Shown in pieces: positions 5,680 to 9,256 of a stretch of 9,256 nt of DNA. The position numbers and the translations under genes were made by a program. Source of the stretch: Allobaculum fili. Lineage in GTDB: Bacteria; Bacillota_I; Bacilli_A; Erysipelotrichales; Erysipelotrichaceae. How positions within the stretch are numbered: the stretch's first letter is position 1; every line of letters starts with the position of its first letter. Under the pieces are notes generated by a model. The model was not told the DNA's origin, searched no databases, and saw nothing but the letters and a program-made list of their open reading frames with translations. The stretch spans positions 1 through 9,256 of the forward strand of contig NZ_JAHDSX010000063.1 of assembly GCF_020969955.1 (NCBI RefSeq), given 5' to 3'.

Positions 5680-8151
5680 TTATTTTGAATTCTTTTTCTT
5701 TGTGGATTTGCGAACTGTATCTTCAAACCGGGATGCATAATACTCGTCGCTTCGACTGTCGAGAATATCCAGAATCTGTTTTTGAAACCAGGGGGAATCC
5801 AGGTATTCATTCAGAGAGCTGTCCAGCGTGATCATATCTTCCCCGGACTTTTTGATCAGCCCATCAAAAGAGAGCAGCAAATGCTTAACTGGCATTTCGC
5901 GGATCTTTTTCAAATGCGCCGCATCCGTAATCTGATCAAACGCATTGCGTGAAGCGACATCCAGATCGGACCAGCGTGTTCCCCTTGAAAAGAAGGTTTT
6001 CCATGCCTGAAGCACGTCTTCTGGCGAATAGCTGGACGCAATAGTTCCGCTTTTGAGCAGACTTTGTCGAAGAACTTCCAGTACGGCCAGCTTATATACT
6101 CGGGACATTTTGGTAGTTTCCATCAAATGTAGAAATTTCCCAGCCGGCGAACGCATAAACGCCTGCTGCTTTTCGTCTAAAAGGTGCATGGAATCGAGAA
6201 AAGGCAGGTAATTGTGGAACGGACTGATTTTGGCATCCTTCATACAGTATTCCAGATCTTCATCGCTGAGCGCCTGACGCAGTTCCATTCGAGACGGAAT
6301 ATGGCCAAGACTTTCCTTCGCGTCATAAAACAGCCCTTGTACAATCTGGAGGCGGGACTGTTTGCGCTTCGCCAGATTTTTCAGAAGATCAATCAGCTCC
6401 AGATCAAAATCCACGACGCAGTTTCGAGGAACTGAACTGGCTGAACCTTTATCTTTTCCCCCAGTCGTTCCCGGATTCACGCCGATAAGCGATGGACCAA
6501 AGGACGCAGTTTTGTAATTTCCGATAAAGTCCAGAACCGTCAGATAGTCTTTCCCCGAAGCTTTGCGCAGGCCGCGGCCCAGCTGCTGCAGGTATACGAC
6601 CGCCGACTCGGTCGGGCGAAGGAACATGACAAGATCCAGGTTTGGAATATCGGTTCCTTCGTTGAACAGATCGACGCTGAACAAAATCTTCAGATCGCCG
6701 TCTACCAGTTTTTTCAACGCGCTTTCCCGATCCATATCCGTAGATGTTTCCGAAAGGTCCGGATCAGATACGACGGAAGCGCAGGGAATGCCTTTGGACT
6801 GGAAATACTTCGCCATAAAACGGGCATGTTTTCGGGTAATGCAAAAGCCAAGTCCGCGTGAGGAAGGATGCTTTTGATAATGGCGATAAATGAGAGAAGC
6901 GCGTTCCAGATTCTGATCGTACGTATGCTCCAGAGCCGCCGCGTCAAAATGCATGCCTCGGATTTTGACATTTTCGTAATCCGTCGGATCGTAAATGCCA
7001 TAGTAGCGAAACGGACTCAGATATCCCTGTGCGATCGCGTCAAACAAATTCATCTGATAGGGGACGTTATAGTCGCAAAGCATATACAGATCACGGCCGT
7101 CCAGACGATAGGGCGTAGCCGTCAGTCCTAAAAGAAATTTTGGATGGAAATAGGAAAGGATCTTTTTATACTGCCTCGCTGCCGCATGATGAAACTCATC
7201 AACCACGATGTAGTCAAAAGAATCGGACGGAAGCGTTTCTTCATTCAGAAGCCAGGGTTTGGCAAGTGTCTGAACCGAAGCAAACACCAGATCCCGATCC
7301 AGTTCTTTCCGATCCCCTTCAATAAAGCCGATAGAGGCGTCAGGACGAACGGTATGGAAGGCTTTGGCGGCCTGCGCAAGAATTTCGCGGCGATGCGCGA
7401 CAAAAAGTACGCGTTCAAAGGTTCGAGAATCAAAAGCAGCAAGAAAAGTTTTCCCCGTTCCCGTTGCTGCCTGAACTAAAGCGCGCTGCTGTCCTTTCTG
7501 CCGCGTTTCTTCCAGCCTGTATAAAGCTTCGGTCTGTACAGCATTCGGTTCCACCCGAATTTCGTTTCCTTCTTCCGGATTCTGATCTTCTGCTGCGAAC
7601 AGATCCATCCACTGCCCGCTTTGAAACGGTTCCCGGTCCAGCTGATATTCCTCAATGGAATCTTCCGTAAGCAAAATGCTGGAAGACCAGAGATCTTCAA
7701 AACTTTTCACAATTTTCTCTGTACTTTTTTCGTTTCCCTGGGAAGAGAACGCGTAGTTCCATTCGATTCCGGAAGTGAGCGCAGAACGGGAAAGGTTTGA
7801 GCTTCCAATCAGGATTTCCATATGGTCCAAACAATGAAAAATCCAGCATTTGGGGTGGAAAGAAACAATCGGATTATTGAACAGCCGCAGCTGGGCGGTA
7901 TCCCCCAGTTCATGCAGGAGGACGTGCAAAGCCGCGGGTTCTGTAATACCCATATACGTTCCGCATAACAGTCGGATCTTCGTCTTCTTTTCGCGCAGTT
8001 TACGAAAAAGCGGAAGCAGAAGGCGAACACCGGAAAGCCGGACAAAGGAGACAGCCAGTTCAATTTCATCTGCCTGTTCGCTTATCTGATTCAAAAAGGG
8101 CAGGATCTGGTTTTTGATTACTGGACCGCCGCTGAAAAATTCAGAATTCAT
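5680..8151 (-). CDS. HKD/PLD-family nuclease fused to an SF2 (ResIII/DEAD-DEAH-like) helicase with an unassigned C-terminal domain; SauUSI-like candidate type IV restriction / defence nuclease-helicase
   Basis: A strong SD GGAGGAGGAG (8155-8164) precedes the ATG at 8151. The N-terminal domain carries an HKD-type motif, FHPKCWIFHCLDHMEILIGSSNLS (aa 98-121, 7789-7860). Helicase motifs are I AATGTGKT (7447-7470), Ia VLFVAHRREIL, II VVDEFHH (DEFH at 7189-7200), III LGLTATP, V LFNEGTDIP and VI QQLGRGLR (aa 522-529). Residues ~547-823 (5683-6513) show no motif I can assign. Confidence 0.88.
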   Translation of the reverse strand: MNSEFFSGGPVIKNQILPFLNQISEQADEIELAVSFVRLSGVRLLLPLFRKLREKKTKIRLLCGTYMGITEPAALHVLLHELGDTAQLRLFNNPIVSFHPKCWIFHCLDHMEILIGSSNLSRSALTSGIEWNYAFSSQGNEKSTEKIVKSFEDLWSSSILLTEDSIEEYQLDREPFQSGQWMDLFAAEDQNPEEGNEIRVEPNAVQTEALYRLEETRQKGQQRALVQAATGTGKTFLAAFDSRTFERVLFVAHRREILAQAAKAFHTVRPDASIGFIEGDRKELDRDLVFASVQTLAKPWLLNEETLPSDSFDYIVVDEFHHAAARQYKKILSYFHPKFLLGLTATPYRLDGRDLYMLCDYNVPYQMNLFDAIAQGYLSPFRYYGIYDPTDYENVKIRGMHFDAAALEHTYDQNLERASLIYRHYQKHPSSRGLGFCITRKHARFMAKYFQSKGIPCASVVSDPDLSETSTDMDRESALKKLVDGDLKILFSVDLFNEGTDIPNLDLVMFLRPTESAVVYLQQLGRGLRKASGKDYLTVLDFIGNYKTASFGPSLIGVNPGTTGGKDKGSASSVPRNCVVDFDLELIDLLKNLAKRKQSRLQIVQGLFYDAKESLGHIPSRMELRQALSDEDLEYCMKDAKISPFHNYLPFLDSMHLLDEKQQAFMRSPAGKFLHLMETTKMSRVYKLAVLEVLRQSLLKSGTIASSYSPEDVLQAWKTFFSRGTRWSDLDVASRNAFDQITDAAHLKKIREMPVKHLLLSFDGLIKKSGEDMITLDSSLNEYLDSPWFQKQILDILDSRSDEYYASRFEDTVRKSTKKKNSK

Positions 8152-8293
8152 TTTCTCCTCCTCCTTTCCTCGTAAATCGTCTGCCTCTTCTATTTATGCC
8201 AGACTCTCTCAATATACGGTACCCAGAATGGTAAGAATCCGGCTGGCATTCCAAAGATTTCGCTGGATTCTGTTTTGCAGATAAGCCAAACGG

Positions 8294-8332
8294 AAAAGCA
8301 GAGGACTCTGCTTTGACGATCGTCCTCTGCTT
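8294..8332 (-). terminator. Hairpin terminator between the methyltransferase and PLD-helicase genes
   Basis: On the minus strand, AAGCAGAGGA (8332-8323) can pair with TCCTCTGCTT (8305-8296). Alternatively a compact AAAGCAGAG-UC-CUCUGCUUUU hairpin forms at 8294-8314. Either is followed by TTTTCCGTTT. It lies ~110-130 nt past the methyltransferase stop. It is moderate in strength, so read-through into the helicase gene cannot be excluded. Confidence 0.5.
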
Positions 8333-8442
8333 CATGAAATCGTACTCTGTATCCGTCCGGCGAAGATTTTCTGTTGAACTCTTCCGTTCAGAAACAGGAT
8401 CAGGAAGAATCAAACCGTCTTTCATTCCTCTTTCGGTATTTT

Positions 8443-9036
8443 CTACAGAGGTTTCTTCTGACTTAATGCGTTCAGCCAGATCTGCTCGGATCGGCCGGGT
8501 CGAACATCCCTGCTCTGCCACATTTCGGTGTCTCCAAATCCGGCGGATTTCAGAAGGGGCAAAAGTGAAGATTCTGTCTGATCACAGAAAAAACGCCCGT
8601 TTCGTTCGCCTTCAAACTCTCCATATTTAAAGGAACAGTAAAACCATCCTGCGGGCTTTAACGCCTGGAAAACCTTCGGAATCACTCTGGAAAGTTCGTC
8701 CCGGGAACAGTGCAAAAGCGACGAGCAGGCCCATACGCCGTCGTACGTGTCCCGCGCCTTCAGATCTTCAAAAAGCAGCAGACGTGCATCCATTCCGGAT
8801 GCGCGGCACTGATTGACCATAGCCGGGGAGCCATCCGCAGCATCCACCTCATATCCCGCCTTCGAAAACGCGAGGGAATCCCGACCGGAGCCGCATCCAA
8901 AATCCAGAATCAATCCTTTTTTGGGGAGTTTTTCCAGAAAACGGCTTTGAACCTTTCCAAAGGAGACATTTTTGGTGTCCCGCACAAATTCATTCGCATG
9001 ATCCTGGTAGTAAGCTAAAGTTTTTTTATCCGCCAT
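8443..9036 (-). CDS. class I SAM-dependent methyltransferase (Methyltransf_11/25-like; probably acts on a small molecule or another non-DNA substrate)
   Basis: SD AAGGGG (9045-9050) lies 8 nt upstream of the ATG at 9036. Motif I is LILDFGCGSGRDS, post-I is EVDAADGSPAMV, motif II is YDGVWACSSLLH, and motif III is LKPAGWFYCSFK. I see no DPPY/NPPY/SPPY or PCQ/ENV DNA-methyltransferase motif and no target-recognition domain. At 197 aa the protein is only the Rossmann core. Confidence 0.88.
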   Translation of the reverse strand: MADKKTLAYYQDHANEFVRDTKNVSFGKVQSRFLEKLPKKGLILDFGCGSGRDSLAFSKAGYEVDAADGSPAMVNQCRASGMDARLLLFEDLKARDTYDGVWACSSLLHCSRDELSRVIPKVFQALKPAGWFYCSFKYGEFEGERNGRFFCDQTESSLLPLLKSAGFGDTEMWQSRDVRPGRSEQIWLNALSQKKPL

Positions 9037-9130
9037 ACATTCAACCCCTTATTCTCTAAACGAGTTCGATCCCGTCTGCTGAAGGCAGCTGTAAGGATCC
9101 CTCTCTATGGGATAGTTTATCCCCGGAGCG

Positions 9131-9178
9131 AAAAATCCCCGAACGATATCGGATTTCTCCTTTATCTTTCGGGGATTT
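9131..9178 (-). terminator. Rho-independent terminator of the upstream rRNA operon (downstream of 5S)
   Basis: On the minus strand, AAATCCCCGAA (9178-9168) pairs with TTCGGGGATTT (9143-9133). An inner GATA/TATC extension lengthens the stem. The stem runs into TTTTTCG (U-tract from 9135 to 9131). The structure starts ~7 nt after the predicted 5S 3' end. Confidence 0.7.
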
Positions 9179-9184
9179 CATTTT

Positions 9185-9256
9185 GTCTGGCAGCTTCCTA
9201 TCTTTGCCTTGCGGCTATTGTCGGCGTTCTGCAGCTTAACTGGCCAGGTTCGATAT
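9185..9256 (-). rRNA. rrf: 5S ribosomal RNA, 3' ~72 nt (partial; continues past the right edge of the window)
   Basis: The reverse complement reads ATATCGAACCTGGCCAGTTAAGCTGCAGAACGCCGACAATAGCCGCAAGGCAAAGATAGGAAGCTGCCAGAC. It aligns block for block with the remembered Bacillus-type 5S sequence (ATACCGAACACGGAAGTTAAGCTCTTCAGCGCCGATGGTAGT...GAGAGTAGGACGCCGCCAAGC), including CCGAAC, AGTTAAGC, CGCCGA and the terminal helix I strand GCTGCCAGAC. Confidence 0.85.

Noticed and set aside
8152-8290. A promoter for the PLD-helicase gene (TATATT at about 8210-8215 on the minus strand).
   Set aside because: The -10 hexamer is acceptable, but no -35 hexamer better than GATTCT or TTCTTA occurs at 15-18 nt spacing. 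I therefore did not list it as a feature. Transcription may also come from read-through of the methyltransferase terminator.
8141-8521. A 126-aa minus-strand ORF spanning the methyltransferase/helicase intergenic region.
   Set aside because: It really begins at a GTG inside the methyltransferase 3' end. It runs straight through the intergenic terminator hairpin and the helicase SD and start codon. It has no recognisable domain and a composition typical of translated non-coding sequence. I treat it as spurious, although ribosome profiling could test this.
9037-9130. A tRNA-like T-loop string, GAGTTCGATCCCGTC, on the plus strand at 9062-9076, downstream of the 5S where Bacillota often carry tRNA genes. 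Small hairpins lie nearby (CTGC-TGAAG-GCAG at 9077-9089 and ATCCC/GGGAT at 9097-9113).
   Set aside because: The flanking bases cannot form a T-stem on either strand. I could draw no acceptor, D or anticodon arms, and the string would be in the wrong orientation for co-transcription with the rRNA. It is more likely just the 5' UTR and weak promoter region of the methyltransferase gene. A GATAAACT -10-like element lies at about 9111-9118 on the minus strand, but it has no convincing -35.
1-9256. Mobile-element or CRISPR content, such as inverted repeats, transposase or integrase genes, and repeat-spacer arrays.
   Set aside because: No ORF has transposase, integrase or recombinase motifs. I found no terminal inverted repeats around the methyltransferase/helicase/GH89 block. 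Beyond the single 12-mer pair at 570-652, there are no regularly spaced direct repeats.

Overview
Every feature I can support in this 9,256-bp window lies on the minus strand. rRNA genes bracket the window. The right edge carries the last ~72 nt of a 5S rRNA (9185-9256) and its terminator. The left edge carries the first ~370 nt of a 23S rRNA (1-370). No 16S gene or tRNA spacer precedes this 23S. Instead it has a ~230-nt AT-rich leader with boxB/boxA-like elements and two well-formed sigma-70/sigma-A type promoters, which suggests a 23S(-5S) unit transcribed independently of 16S. Three protein-coding loci lie between the rRNA genes. (1) A 197-aa class I SAM-dependent methyltransferase (8443-9036). 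(2) An 823-aa single-chain fusion of an HKD/PLD-family nuclease and an SF2 helicase, with a ~277-aa C-terminal region I cannot assign (5680-8151). Its architecture resembles the type IV modification-dependent restriction enzyme SauUSI. (3) A ~1500-codon secreted multimodular GH89 alpha-N-acetylglucosaminidase locus (898-5400), organised as signal peptide, three CBM32/discoidin modules, GH89, three FIVAR repeats. As sequenced, two frameshifts and one in-frame TAA break it, all within the N-terminal third. Each locus has its own Shine-Dalgarno site and a downstream hairpin terminator. A cre-like palindrome lies in the GH89 5' UTR. SD usage, the cre-like site, the boxA form and the FIVAR/CBM32 modules suggest a Bacillota (Firmicutes)-type host-glycan-foraging organism, but that is inference. 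I found no CRISPR array, transposase, integrase or tRNA gene. The most interesting items are the PLD-helicase with its unassigned C-terminal module, the apparently 16S-unlinked 23S, and the triply disrupted GH89 gene. RNA ends and regulatory coordinates are hand-derived and good to a few nt only.
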